Positions 48,700-61,124 are shown, numbered from the whole stretch's first letter. The stretch is 61,124 bases of DNA, filler included, from Sphacelaria rigidula (GCA_964200075.2; 6 parts of 6 records of this genome joined end to end with filler, not necessarily neighbours in it); one strand, 5' to 3'. Program-made: numbers and translations. The notes: generated by a model from the sequence alone, not told the origin.

Positions 48700-50250
48700 G
48701 GTCAACCAAAAAATCAAGCAAACACGCCTGCTTGCCTGAGCCACTTGAGAAGGGTCCCCCAGGCCCTCCCCGCCCTCGTCATACGATACCCCAAGTCGCC
48801 CAAGGGAAGGAAGTGGTGCCTCCGTGCCGTCCGCACCGTTGGAAGGGATTTCACGAACATAACTTCCTGCATTTTTCGGTGTCCGTCCAGTTGGTCGAGT
48901 TCGCGTCATGATTCAATTCATCCATTTGTTTTGGCGTCGATAAACCGAGAAGCCATGTCAACAATAACTTCCGCTGCAGTTGTACGTGTCTCCTCTCAGC
49001 TGCTCAGAGCACTCCGTTTTTCTGACCGTCTTTTTCTGTTTTTTTTCGTGGCCACTTTGATATTTTGACTTTCATGTGTTCCGTTTGATGTGTTTCGTAA
49101 GGCGCGCGACCAGAAGGCAAGTGCGCTTGGGCAAGTCTCGAGACCATCCACAATTGAAAAGACCCCATGAAAAATGAAAGTATGATCAACTGATGCAGTT
49201 AATGAAGGTCAGAAATTTGTCAACCTCAAGTCGCGTGTCGACATGACATGCTAGGCAAAACGGCTTGATGTTGTGAGTCCAGCAGGTCTTTCAAGCGCAC
49301 ATCCAGCAGGCACAGACGCGTAGATTGCAGTTAATAAACCGGCGAGACGCGCTCGTGTTATCGTGACTCATGTTCGTCGACACCATGGCTAAGGTGCAGA
49401 TGTTCTTCCTTCTCCTTTTGAGAAACTATTCTCCCTGCCGTTCATAATGCGTTCAAGGGAATCAAAGCGTACCTAGGGGTAAGAAGCAAGGATAGGGATG
49501 GGACTTGTGCTACGTGTACGGTTGAGTGTGACAAATCCTCAAGCCGACAATCACAACGTGAAGCCTATTAACCTTTTTGGGGCCGGGCCTCCAGAACGAC
49601 CAACGGGGCTGGTCAGGAATGAAGTGTTTGGCGTCTGCACGAAACAGACAGTGGCGTGTGAAAATCCGCGGATGTAACCGCAGGGTTATGACGAAGACCG
49701 AAAGTTTCTTCCAATCTATTTTCAGGTCCAGGGTGCGCATTAGGTACGTGGGTAGTGTACACCTGATGTAGCAAGCAGTATGGGTCGGGGTAGAGAGCTT
49801 CCAACAGGATGCGGCAACCGGCGGGCCGCTCGCAACTTGTGGCTTTGGATGATATTATTGTCCTTATCAACTTGCCACACAGCCCCTTGTGGTCGGGGTG
49901 GCCCGCCATTCCCCTCTTTGTTGCATGCGGCAAACTCTCTTCGCATACATACAACAGTATACTTCAGTGAAAGTACAGTACGCCTCTCCGACTGCCGCAG
50001 CAGCTACCGTTGGATACTCCCTTGCACGTTCTGGGCAATTCTCAGCCACCGAGATCAACTGCCTATATACCGCTTCTTCATCCCCGCCTACGACATACAT
50101 GTTAACTGCACACTGCAAGTCATCGGCAGAGGGATAAGCAGAATTCATTATGGTAGCTCCTTTTGTTTTTCCACGGCCCACCTGGGTTAAGTGCCTCGTG
50201 AAAATGACCACATTGTAGCATGTACACTCCTTCCCGGTTTTTGCGGTCCA
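48700..50250 (-). pseudogene. Decayed intronless coding relic, probably transposon-derived
   Basis: Several overlapping broken minus-strand ORFs (e.g. YLMRTLDLKIDWKKL...FRADAKHFIP; MYVVGGDEEAVYRQLISVAENCPERARE) with no splice pattern linking them to the neighbouring gene. Confidence 0.3.
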
Positions 50251-50724
50251 CCCTGTGTTAGTGTAAATTACTACGTTTCAGTATTGATCTGGAACCCAAA
50301 AAACACTCCGGAAAAACTCGGGAACGCTGTACTGAGCGCAAATAGTACTATAAAACCAAGCTGCGACCACCCTGCACTTGGAAACCTGGGGGGGCTTATC
50401 TGGGCCAGGGATAGGGCCTCCACACGATTTTTACAGTGGCATCACCCTCGACAACAATCCCCGCGCTAGTCGTTTGGGTCTGGTCGATAAATTTCGCCTC
50501 GCCGTGATTGGGCAGGTCGCTCGAAGACTTATTTTTTATTAGCCCACTGACAAAGGGCCAACCCTGCGTAAGTGGGAGTCCGGTCCCAAAAGGGTGAAAA
50601 GGTATATTTGAGGACCGAGCGTAGGGTTCAGAGAGCTAGGAGTGGCCATGCGTATGGGAAGTAGCTCAGACCTGTGTTTACCAAACGAACTCACGGTGCC
50701 TCCCACACAACTCATCAACATGGC

Positions 50725-50790
50725 GCAGCACAGCACAGCACGGCACGGCACGGCACGGCACGGCACGGCACGGCACGGCACGGCACGGCA
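50725..50790. repeat. (CACAG)/(CACGG)n pentanucleotide microsatellite
   Basis: Direct reading. Confidence 0.9.
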
Positions 50791-50921
50791 ATATTAAACT
50801 TGAAACTCAGTGCCCCCCTCGACTCTAAACGTCCCGAGATTCTCTGAGACTTTCTACGATAGCCTCCCCCCCAAAAGTGCATGGTTTTGGGAGACAAAAT
50901 CTTCACGTAAATCGAAATGGG

Positions 50922-51021
50922 NNNNNNNNNNNNNNNNNNNNNNNNNNNNNNNNNNNNNNNNNNNNTTAATTAATTAANNNNNNNNNNNNNNNNNNNNNNN
51001 NNNNNNNNNNNNNNNNNNNNN
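50922..51021. other. Artificial contig linker N44-TTAATTAATTAA-N44
   Basis: Same 100-bp spacer. Confidence 0.97.
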
Positions 51022-51044
51022 ATCAAACCCCCACGACTAAAATT

Positions 51045-51134
51045 TGTGACGGTTTCAGAGACAACCAACTAGACTACTGACGAGTCAGCGCTGACTAGTC
51101 AGTAGTCTAGTTGGTTGTCTCTGAAACCGTCACA
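51045..51134. repeat. 90-bp near-perfect palindrome (one mismatch, no spacer)
   Basis: tgtgacggtttcagagacaaccaactagactactgacgagtcagc|gctgactagtcagtagtctagttggttgtctctgaaaccgtcaca. Confidence 0.92.
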
Positions 51135-52145
51135 GACTGGATACCTTGCATATATATAAAAATACTTTTCCTGGCCATCCCACAAATCTGACAGGTCGTA
51201 ATTCATGCTCCTTTATGCTGTTTCAACCATCTTGACGTTTCAACTATTCATGCAGCAGCAGCCTCCATTGCACGTCGACGAACGTATTCCAACAACCGGA
51301 TGTGTCCAACAATCCATCCATCTTACACTTCCTCTGTGCCATAAGTAAAGTCCGTGGTGGGGGGAAGATCGTATATCGCCAACGGAGTTGCCGACCATGC
51401 TATAGTTAGGTTTTACTGAGAACTAGTGGGTCAAACATGGCCAAATTTCGACTAAATTTCGCTACTCTTTACATTGCCAGCCGAATTTCGACGAATTTGG
51501 CTTATTTTGAACCAATTGAAGGCTACAATATAAACAAGTGGTTTCGGACTAGGCGTAGCTATCGTATGCCAGCGATGAACCGGAGAAAAAGAGCCAGTTA
51601 TAGCTGTTTTTGCCATTTTTGCCGTTTTTCGGGTTGTCAGGATTCTTCTCTGTGTTATGGAATAGGGGCGAAATATTGCCATTTCGGAGCCGACTAATCG
51701 TTTATTGGCCATTCGCGCACGCTGGCTGCTGCGCAAACAGGAAAAAGAAACACGACTCAACTAGAAAAACCCTGAAGATTTGAAAAAAAAAATCGCCTAC
51801 GGCATTGGACACGGTCAAGGGTCCGTGCGATCAATACGGACTTTACTTGTGGCACAGAGGAAGTACATATATATATATATATATATATATATCCTAGAAA
51901 TCCTCGTTTACTCACCGGTCATATTCATGATAACCGCAGAGTGTGAAGCCAGGTCAATTCACAATAATGGCCCGCCTTTTGAAAGCGACTTTCCCTCTCC
52001 AGTTCGCATTTCGAGTAGCTGTAAGAGCTCGGATTAACGGATGGCCTACACAATTATTGAATAGAGAAATACCCAGATTTCGGTACTTCTTTATCCTCCT
52101 CTAGTGTGAAAAGGTCGAAGCTCAACTTTGGTAGCTAGTAGTTAC

Positions 52146-55100
52146 CTGCCGAAGCAGCTGCTTCTGTGGTTTTTTTCCTGTGCTTCGCGGGAGGACGGAA
52201 GACTGGATCTAGAGCCAGGCTGAGAGTGTCGTCGATCACGGTAACGATCATGCTTTCCAGTATGGGGCATGCGAATTCCAGGCACGGGTTGGAGTTCACC
52301 TGCACATACAGTAAACAACCAAAAGAAAGGGGAAAGATGAACAGAGAGCAGACGTTAGAGTTGACCGTGTCTATCTTCTTCACTGCTAGGTCCCAGATTT
52401 CTTGTCGGCTGTTCCTTGTCATCGCAGGTTTGCTATCTGCTGCTTTCGGCTGTTGAGGTAAATTGTGTAGCATGTTCCATGATGCTGATATTGTCTTGCT
52501 GCCCCGTCTTTCGCTCTCTTTGTGATTTGCTAATCACCATGGCCGGCAAACGTCAATTGTCAGGGGAGAACAGAAAAATTGATTTCGAACGACAGGGCTT
52601 TACGTTTGTATAGGTAAGGGTCATCTGGAGAGGGACACTGATTCCGCCAATTTTCTCCCATTTGTACTCATGACACGAAATTGTAGGTGCTATTCAGTTT
52701 AGTGGCCACTAAATTTCCAGGCAATCTCCAAGCGTTGTACTCTAGGCACAAATTGTTCCATGGTTATGAAAATCGTATTCACCGCGTCCACTCTGTTTTA
52801 TCTTTCTTACTCCACCTTTGCCCCATCTCAAGTCTTTCCTGTAGCCGATGAAGTCTATCTCCTCGTTACGGCTGAACTCGTTCCCAACTAAGTGATTGTG
52901 CGAGAATCAACCAACCAACAAACCAACCAATCAACCAACTCCCCAGCCTTTTCAGTTCATGTCCGTACATGCTTCCGACACGGGGGTGGTACAATTTTTA
53001 CAAGGTAGCGGAGTTTTTTTCCTGCACAGTTCGGAATAGCAGGATGCTTAATGCCAGGCAACAGCTGTATCGACATGCATCACCAATACCTCAACCTGGA
53101 TGACTGTAACTATCCATAACTATGTATAAGGTGAGCAAGATTTCAATAGTTTTTCGGAAATACTATATTTGCGGGTTACCTCTGGCAGTTCGGCTTCTGT
53201 TGCCTCAGCCTCAAACGGAAACCGAATAATGCTGTTATTTCTTCTCGAATAGATGTCCTCCTTCAAGATGAGTATGTCTACCTCCACGCCCTGCTCACGT
53301 TGTTCGGACTGCCCATTAGCGCCACGTCGCACAAAAAACGCCTCGGTACTTTTAGCAACACCGGGGGTGCTGGATAATCGTCCCCGGGCTCGCAGTTTCA
53401 CGAATACAAGGTAGTCACCAACCATTCGCTTAATGTTTTCCCCTGCAGACTGACGGCCCATGACCTCAACCCTCTCCCCTTGAAGAGTTCGATATACTTA
53501 CTGCGGCAGCAGTGGCATAGAACTCAATATAAAAATGATGTATTGGCCTACATAAATACGTGGACTTGCGTGGATGTCATTGCCAACCCCAGTCCTAGCC
53601 TTCGCCCTAGGTCTAAACTTAGCCCTGACGCTAGCCTCAACCCTGAACTGAACTCTATGGCCACCACAGCCAGAAGACCGGAATCGTGGGGAAAGGGGCG
53701 AGCAGCACGCAACACACGAACGCGGCGACATCGACTGGCCCGAATTTCCGATAAAAAGAAGGTTATCAGATTTTCACGGGGGAGATATAACAACTCCGCT
53801 CAGCTTCACCAAGCAGTACCGGAGTTGTATACAGTTGATATGTCTTGCTGCTGTTGCAGTTGCCGTGGCGGTTGCCGTTGCCGATATCAAAACGAGCGAA
53901 CCTTACAAGGTTGTGTTCTGTACGGTACGGTTTTCTGTATCCTCGGGGTATTTCGCCGGGTGTTTACCGTACCCGACAGTTCTGTGACTTCTGTAAGACT
54001 TTCATACCGGTACCCGGCAGTTCTGTAATCTCTGTAAGACTCCCGTACCGTTACCGGGGGGCACGGGTACGCTCTTGATAAGATACCTGATTGCCGGTAC
54101 GGTTTTCTGTGCAACCTCCATACCCTACCTGACAGTTTCTGTGAGTTCTGTAAGCCTCTCCTACCCTCACCCGACAGTCCCATGAGTTATGTACAGAATG
54201 TTTACCTGTACTCGGAGCGCGGGCATGCTCCTGAAAAAATACCCGAGTGCCGATCACTGTTTTTCTGTAAGCCTCCCATAACGTTCCCGACAAGTTCTGT
54301 AAGGTCTGGAAGACTTTCATTCAGTACCAGTACCCGACAGTTCTGTGAGCTCTGTAAGCCTCCCATACCTTTACCCGGGGTTAGGGTATACCGTTGTAGA
54401 TATACCCGATTGCAGGTTGAGCATAGGTGTATACCTTGGGGAGGTACGGATACAGGTTCAATCCAAACGCAACCTCATGACCTGAACAGGTACCTCCCAT
54501 CGATCAACCCACCCAACCACTTCATTCAAAGCTGCACACCAACGATAATTCAATGTTGAAAAGTTCGTTACTTTGGGATCTGACGGGATACAAGGTACCA
54601 CTGAGTGGAAACACGAAACATGTACAGCCCTGCAGACCGTCAGGATGGATCACCCCCAGACTCGAGTGGTGGCTCGAGGGGGGGCGGTTCATCTGCGCTA
54701 CCAGGGGATCAAGTAACAAGACGCACGCCATCGACGTTGATGGTGATTGTGCTGTCGTCATCAAACCCCAGGCCGTTTTCGACATGTACAGCACGGAGTA
54801 TGAGCTGCCACCGAAAGTCGTCAAGGCCGTCGGCGATTTTGTCGCGTGCTGAAGGGCTTCCAGAGAACGGGCAGCCGTTAATGCTCCTTCATGTACTCTC
54901 TGGGAATGTTCGTGAAGCCGACAGATGTTGACGATTCCGTGCACATGTACTGCTGCGATTGTTCGTGCAATCTTTCTCTGTCAACCCCGTGAAGCCGTTC
55001 AGAGTTTTCGTGAACTGTCATCTACATTTAGCTACTGTTGTAGTGACGTAGCTTCCACCACAGGGGCGATGATACTACCAAGGTCGTGTTTTGTAGGGTA

Positions 55101-58100
55101 CGGTTTTCTGTAAACCCGGGGTATTTTGCCGGGTGTTTACCGTACCCGACAGTTCTGCAAACTCTGTAAGATTGCTGTACCGGTACCTGACAGTTCTGTA
55201 ATCTCTGTAAAGCCTTCATACACGTACCCGATAGTTCTGTGAGTCTCTGTAAGCCTCCCGTAGCGTTACCGGGGGGCACGGGTATGCTCTTGAGAAGGTA
55301 CCCGGTTGCGGGTACGGTTTCCTGTGCAACCTCCATACCCTACCCGACACTTTCTGTGGGTTCTCTCAGCCTCTCATACCCTTACCCGACAGGTCTGTGA
55401 GTTTTGTACAAAACATTGGGGTTAGGGTTAGGGTTACCCGATTGCCGGTACTGGTTTTCCGTAAGCCCCCCATACCGTACCCGACAAGTTCTGTACTTTC
55501 TGTAAAAGTTGCATACCGGTACCCGACAGTTCTATAAAGAGTTTTATACCGGTACCCGACAGTTCTGTAAGTTCTGTAAGGAATATCATACCCTACAGAA
55601 CGTACCCGTACCTTACAGAACACAACCTTGGAACCTTAGGTCTGAAGTCGCGAAACTGGAGCTGCACGCGTGAGTGATTATCAGGCATCGTCAAACCTGA
55701 GTCTTCCGATGAAACGACCTCCGAGCTAGCAAAACCCAGTTGAATAGCGCACTTCACGTCGTCCCAAAGCGATCGTTATGACTGTCTGCACAGTCATCAT
55801 GAACAAATAAGCATACAGTGGATGAGAAGAAAGAGCATTCACCTCAATTAACCATACTCGCAAATCGTCGTCCACCATAAAGTCATACCCCAACAGCTCG
55901 AATGCGTGGGGCCGTCCCTGCCGATTTATGCCGGCCGCCGCTGCCGCCGCCACAGAGGTGCTCACCAATTTGTGCATCCGAGGGCGCAGGGTATCCTCCA
56001 CCCACCCAACCGCTCGTCCCTGATGATTCGACCTGCCAGCGCCGAACACGGTTGCCAAGGTGTTGTTTTATTTATTCAGAATTCTGCCTAATTTCTAGCT
56101 CTATCGAGATCCGAAGAATGACCGAGCAAGGAAAAAAATGCGAGAAATAATAAATTCATGGAGAAAACAGCACCGACAAAAACCCGTGTAGGGCGCGGTG
56201 TGGGATTGAAGGTGTGGTGTTTCGTCCCGTGGTTGATTTTTTTCGAAAACAAAAGAAACAATGCGGGATCATTTCGGATCCAGGCGGGGAAGACGGGGGC
56301 GGGGTGGAGGTTCATCCTTAAAAGCATCCGCGACAGTAGTGCTGTACCCACGGAATCTACGTGGCGTCTGTCTTCAGCGAACCTCACCGGTGGTGAGCGG
56401 CAAGAGGCAACGGAGAACTGTGTCGAGATGCTGATCTGAAGGAACGTCCGCGTGCCAAAGGGTTGACAGCGAGGCCCAAGCGTTGGTTGAAATCTGGCAG
56501 ACGAAATGTATCTGGGAAAGACTGCGTGCACTGCCATGCCGATTGTCATTTTCCATCCTCGTTTCCATTGGGCATAGTGGCACTGTATTTATTCTTACTT
56601 CCAGTGGTAGGTCACCACGTCTGTGGTATCTGCTCCATGCCGCGCCTCAGCCAAAAAATGTTGCCCTTAGTTATCTACCCGTTAGACACATTTGTCGATC
56701 GACCAAATAGTTTTCGCTTCCATATCATGGCCAGGGGGCATCTGGCATACGTACACACAAGGATTTCGGAGGCTTGCGCTGCCACGCTCAGTGGCTCGAC
56801 CTTCCATGATACATGAGCATCGGTGATATTTATGTGCGTTGCGCAATGACACGCGTCATACCTATTAGTTCAAAGAAGAAGGCGCAGCTGCTCATCAGCT
56901 GAGAACGTTGTGCGTGACCTTGCACGAATCAGTTCAAATTTCAATGAGACCTGATCCGAACATTATGCCCATTGAATTTTCAGCAGAAACAGTGCCTAAG
57001 AAACATTTTCAAGCTTCAAGAGGAAGTGAAACCTGCTATTTTCAGCGACTCATGATGAAAAGAAATCGCGTGCGTACGGTAGAGTAGTAGCAGCAGCTGC
57101 TGCAGCAGCAGTACAGAGACAATAGACAAGGAAGGGCAGCTGAGACGATGCGATATGCGTGCAAGGTCAACGCACGCTCGAAGTGTGCCAGCCCTGCCCC
57201 GAGAGTAGACTGTCAATTCTCAAGTGAAGATTATGCCGATTCAATTTTCAAGTGAAGACGACGCCGATTCCACAAATGACTGTGGTCCGTGAGCGATCGA
57301 GAGAGACGACGGCACCTCCGACGGTCAAAGGGTCCACTGACCACTGACACGTCGAGAGAGGAAGCATATCGAACAGAACGCATCGCAACACCATAACGCC
57401 GTGCGGAACACAGCGCGGAAAGCAAATGTACTCTAAACCCGAGCGGAACCAGAATCACGATACTCTCAAGCGAAATGCCGGCGGAATGTTTGCCGAAAGA
57501 TCTCAAAGAAAACGATGTACTCTCTGATATATCTTACAGACGAATTTCGGGGCTGTTAGAGGTTGAGACAAGGAAATGGCACCTGTCTGAAGGAAGAGTT
57601 GCCCCTCACGTGGCAAATATTAATGTTGTATCCATAATAGTAATACTGTCCTCATCATCGTCTACAGCTGTCTGAAGGAAGAGTTTCCACTCACAAGGTA
57701 AGTAATAATATTGCTTTATAATGGCAATAATATCATCTATCTTTCGTCTGAAAATTAAGCAGGAATTTCTCTGCCATACTGACAGGCCGGCATTTCATTT
57801 TTCAGTCTGAGAGTCCTGCATTTCCTCTCTACTATTCAGATTACGTTTCGTGCCTGTAAGAGCTTTCAGCGCTCGAGAGACCATTCGCTTGACTCTAGGG
57901 TACGTTCTATCCCTTCTTGTGCCTTTTTAGTAAATTCGCTTTCGCGCTCATTCTGAATGGTGTTGTGGTGTTGCGATGCGTTCCGTTTGATGCCTTGTCC
58001 ACGTCGACGTCTGCATTCTTGAAACTTGACGTAGCCTACGACTAGTATTTTGGCTGTGGCGACACACAGAGACCGTTTTGACCCTTTGGCCGCGGCGTCG

Positions 58101-61021
58101 TCATCTCTATCAAGCGCCCACAGACCACGTTCATTTGTGGAATCGGCATCAGTTTCACTTTCAGATTTAACGGGCATAGTGTTCACTTGAGGACCTGAGA
58201 AAACACTTGGCTTCAGTTTAACGATATGACGCGGTCAGCGTGCCATGGCTCTCCACTGAACAGTCTACTTTCGGGGCAGAGCCAGCACACCTCGAGCGTC
58301 TTTTGATCTTGCACGCATGTAACATCGTGCCAACTGAACTTCCTCGTGTATTGCCTCTGTAGCCACCGCGCCCCGGTGGTAAAATGGTCCGACTGCCGCC
58401 ATTACGGTGGAGAGAACGAGGGTTCGATTCCCGATGCGTTGGTTTTTTTCTTCGTCATATATTTTTTTTACCGTGGAAAGCGTGAGAACGTGAGTGAACA
58501 AAGTAGTCGACTGAGTTTGTTTGACGTGAGTTGACGCGGTGCGGGAGTGCTGATAGTCATGGCCCAATCCGCGAGACCAACATGCAAGGCGTGTACCGAG
58601 GGAGAGATGGGAAGATCCCTTGAGATCACGGACTCGTTCCGAGGAAGGAGAGGGGTTCAAAGTGCGACAAATGAAAAAAGTACTGCTGCTGCTGCTGCTG
58701 CCACTCTACCCTACCCGCGATTTTTTCTATCATGAGTGGCTGAGTACTGCACACAACTGTATGGATCATTCAGCGTGTCATCACCCTTCACTGGACACAG
58801 TCTGCTGCACGCTGATGATGTCGCTGCTTAGTGTCCCGCACAAACACTACACACAGTGTGAAGCTATGCTGGCAAGGCGGGAGAAGGGATCAGGGAGGCG
58901 GCAAAGATTACGAGAAGAGCAGAAAGCACACCCTTTACCAGTGTTTTTTCTATGGTTGGGTAGTCCATACCCAAATGTTCAAACGCGGCTTCGCTGCGAG
59001 GTACTGTTCATCTGAGCGGGAGCAACGTGACCATTCTGATTACTGATGGATATACCATACCAACAAATCTTGATACATAATATAAATACTTTTTTGACAA
59101 ATCAGTATCAATATAACGTTTTCATTATATGTTGATACCACATCATATCACGCGTCATGTGTTATATCACATGTTACATGATATTTCACATGATAGGTGA
59201 TATGATATGTGATACGATGTGGTGTTTAGGAATGTTTATTGACAGGCCGTGGTATATCATATCATATATCATGTTATACATCACGTATCGTGGCATATCG
59301 TGTCGCGTATCCTCTTATATTATGGGATATTATGATTATTACTTATTACTAGGCGAATATCATAGTATAATATATCATACCATATATCATCTTTGGACCC
59401 TTTGGCTGCGAGCCTCGCCTCGGAACACTTTCGCCCGCTGGCGCTATTCCCTCGGACCAGTGTCTCCCAACTCAGACTCTTGTGCTGCACTTCATCTGCA
59501 CTGCTATATGAGTACTGTCTACACCGACATGTGCTGCCCTGTCCGGGAAGGCAAAACGGCTAAGGGTTGCTCGGGGCGATTAGATTTCCAGGTGTTGCTT
59601 GGGTGGCGTTTCAACGACACACCGCAGCCAGTACAGTATACAGGACCCTGCAGTTGCATATCCTAAGCTGTGGTGTATGTGGTTGGACGTATTTTATCAG
59701 CAGCGTGGGGATGTACTGCACTGTTACAGGATAACGTCGGATACAACGAACAGTTCTCCCGTATCTTGCAACTCGATCCATTCAGCGTAGTGGCGTAAGC
59801 TGCCAAGACCCTCACGTACACGTATTTCAACTCTCCCCGTTTGCTGTGTACCCTTCCCTTGCTGTGTCCAGATTTTCGCACTCACTCGTCTCCATCGAGC
59901 CAAGACTGGAGATCTTCCAACGTGAGCTTGTTGCCGGGCTCACCCTGCCCATAGGTTGAACTCCTTCGCTGCACAGCATCGTTGGTGAGATGCACATACT
60001 GAAAAATAAAGTGTGCCCCCCGAGTCCATGTTTTTGATCGCGTTTGGTATTGGCGGAGAAATACAGCAAAGCGTAGTCATAAGTGAGGTAATGGCCAAAG
60101 TAGGTGGAAAGAATAAAATACTGCAGGGCGCAGGGGCGGCTTAATATTGCCTCAAGCGCTCAGCGTTTTCGGCGGCGAAATTTTCAAACAATTTCATGGC
60201 CACATGCTGCAAAATGCGTAAAAAATAGCATGAAACCTCTGAGCGGCGACGTGGTTGTGTAGCAGTATGATTAACTCTCTACGGCACGACAAAAGGGGAA
60301 GTGTACACTGCAATTTCTGGAGCGTGAGTGGTGTAGATCAAAGGTCCTACTTACTGCATCTTTCGATTCATGTCGTCACAGATCTTCTCAAAACAATGTG
60401 GAGATCTTTACTCACCCGATCTTTGACCTTCTCTGGATCGTTGCTGTACTTCACCGAGCTCATCCGGACGTAGGCATTTCGGTGGCACCAAGCGGTCAAC
60501 GGCGAGGGTTCAGACCCGGCCGGGTTTGATTTTCGTCGATCAAAGGTCCTTTCCTTATACGCTCGCGCTACGTTCGATGTTTTTTCTATTTCCGGCGTCC
60601 CCACGTTCCCATGCTCGGCCCACGCACGGCAGCTGCCCAGATTAGAACATAACGCGGATCCACCCCCATTAGAGGCCAACCCTGCACTATTGCCATTTGC
60701 GGTCAATCCCGAACCAATTTCGCCCAGATCTACTGCTCCTCCTGAACCATCTCCGTATTCATTTAGCACCGAACCTTGTTCTCTTTGCATAAGTACAGGA
60801 CCAGGAGTGATTGTGGTTCGCAGGACAGTGCTTGCCGCCGATGTAGAGGCCGACCGGCGGCGTCGCCAGGATCGAGTAGACGGATCGGCCACAAGCAACA
60901 CGAACATTCGAATGTCGAATTTGCGACCACGAATTAGAAGAGGGCGCTCGATGTAACGTTGCACGATCCACCCACTCCTGCCGACTTTGCGCCCACGCTC
61001 ATCCACAACGTCTAGGACTTC
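52146..61021 (-). CDS. Tubulin-tyrosine-ligase-like (TTLL) ATP-grasp enzyme, C-terminal part (5'-partial); subfamily uncertain, TTLL3/8 glycylase-like
   Basis: Exons 61021-60416 (WIVQRYIERPLLIRGRKFDIR...AYVRMSS), 59998-59886 (YVHLTNDAVQ...GNKL), 56032-55843 (FELLGYDFMVDDDLRVWLIE) and 52299-52146 (VNSNPCL...), all phase-compatible. The last exon near 51950-52020 is uncertain. Confidence 0.92.
53906..55630. mobile_element. Composite non-autonomous hAT element (two left ends, one right end, internal cargo) with perfect 8-bp TSD
   Basis: TIR caaggttgtgttctgta (53906) / tacagaacacaaccttg (55630). TSD gaacctta at 53898-53905 and 55631-55638. Second left end caaggtcgtgttttgta at 55079. Subterminal tacccgacagttctgt repeats. 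Unrelated DNA at ~54415-55078. Confidence 0.88.
57582..57750. repeat. Degenerate ~87-bp tandem duplication
   Basis: ctgtctgaaggaagagtt.cc.ctcac occurs at ~57582 and ~57668. Confidence 0.6.
58362..58701 (+). mobile_element. tRNA-derived SINE, family 2
   Basis: Head gcgccccggtggtaaaatggt (A box)...gagggttcgattccc (B box). Body homologous to 33455-33765. Ends ggggttcaaagtgcgacaa, then a short (CTG)n. Confidence 0.78.
59045..59392. repeat. AT-rich degenerate (ATATC/GATAT) repeat tract, probably internal to a non-autonomous element
   Basis: Many atatcat/atgatat motifs. A compositionally similar tract lies at ~21465-21715. Confidence 0.45.
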
Positions 61022-61124
61022 CTGTGATCGTTGCGTTCCGGTCGTGGGGGGGAGAGGAGGGGAGGAGGGGGGCAAGTTGGAGAAGGTTGATTTGGAGGGA
61101 GATGAAGGGAAGAGGGGAGGGGGG

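Noticed and set aside
52480-53470. Nested gene in the TTLL intron (113-aa minus-strand ORF 53120-53461)
   Set aside because: No recognisable domain, interrupted by stops and a LINE-tail-like repeat. Probably a TE relic, too weak to call.
53906-55630. CRISPR-like short repeats (tacccgacagttctgt)
   Set aside because: Irregularly spaced, degenerate subterminal repeats inside a TIR/TSD-bounded transposon.
58362-58440. Functional tRNA gene (also at 7546, 21773, 33455)
   Set aside because: A and B boxes are present, but the acceptor stem and anticodon loop are imperfect and each is fused to a shared repeat body. These are SINE heads.
27138-61021. Functional cluster of MAP3K, MgtE, EF-hand protein and TTLL
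   Set aside because: Each gene sits on a different, artificially concatenated contig.

Overview
Eukaryotic, intron-rich, repeat-rich DNA, most likely from a brown alga (Phaeophyceae). This is inferred from gene structure and repeat content, not from a search. The window is not one locus. It is six ~10.1-kb contigs sorted by decreasing length (1-10105, 10206-20310, 20411-30514, 30615-40718, 40819-50921, 51022-61124), joined by artificial 100-bp N44-TTAATTAATTAA-N44 linkers. Spliced partial genes that can be reconstructed: a long coiled-coil protein (contig 1, +), the C-terminal half of an STE11/MEKK-type MAP3K (contig 3, -), the 3' part of an MgtE-family Mg2+ transporter (contig 4, +), a large EF-hand/EQ-repeat protein (contig 5, -) and a TTLL ATP-grasp ligase (contig 6, -). 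The rest is mostly mobile DNA: a decayed RTE-type LINE and its (CAAT)n-tailed truncated copies, two tRNA-derived SINE families, several hAT-type MITEs (two with 8-bp TSDs), a MITE with internal telomere-like repeats, and transposase relics. The most striking object is a spacerless 2 x 578-bp inverted duplication of the 5' end of a hAT/CGGBP1-like transposase gene (10637-11792), a candidate 'Mu killer'-like hairpin-RNA silencer. Second is a composite hAT element carrying ~660 bp of cargo inside a TTLL intron. No prokaryotic systems, CRISPR arrays, rRNA or intact tRNA genes were found.
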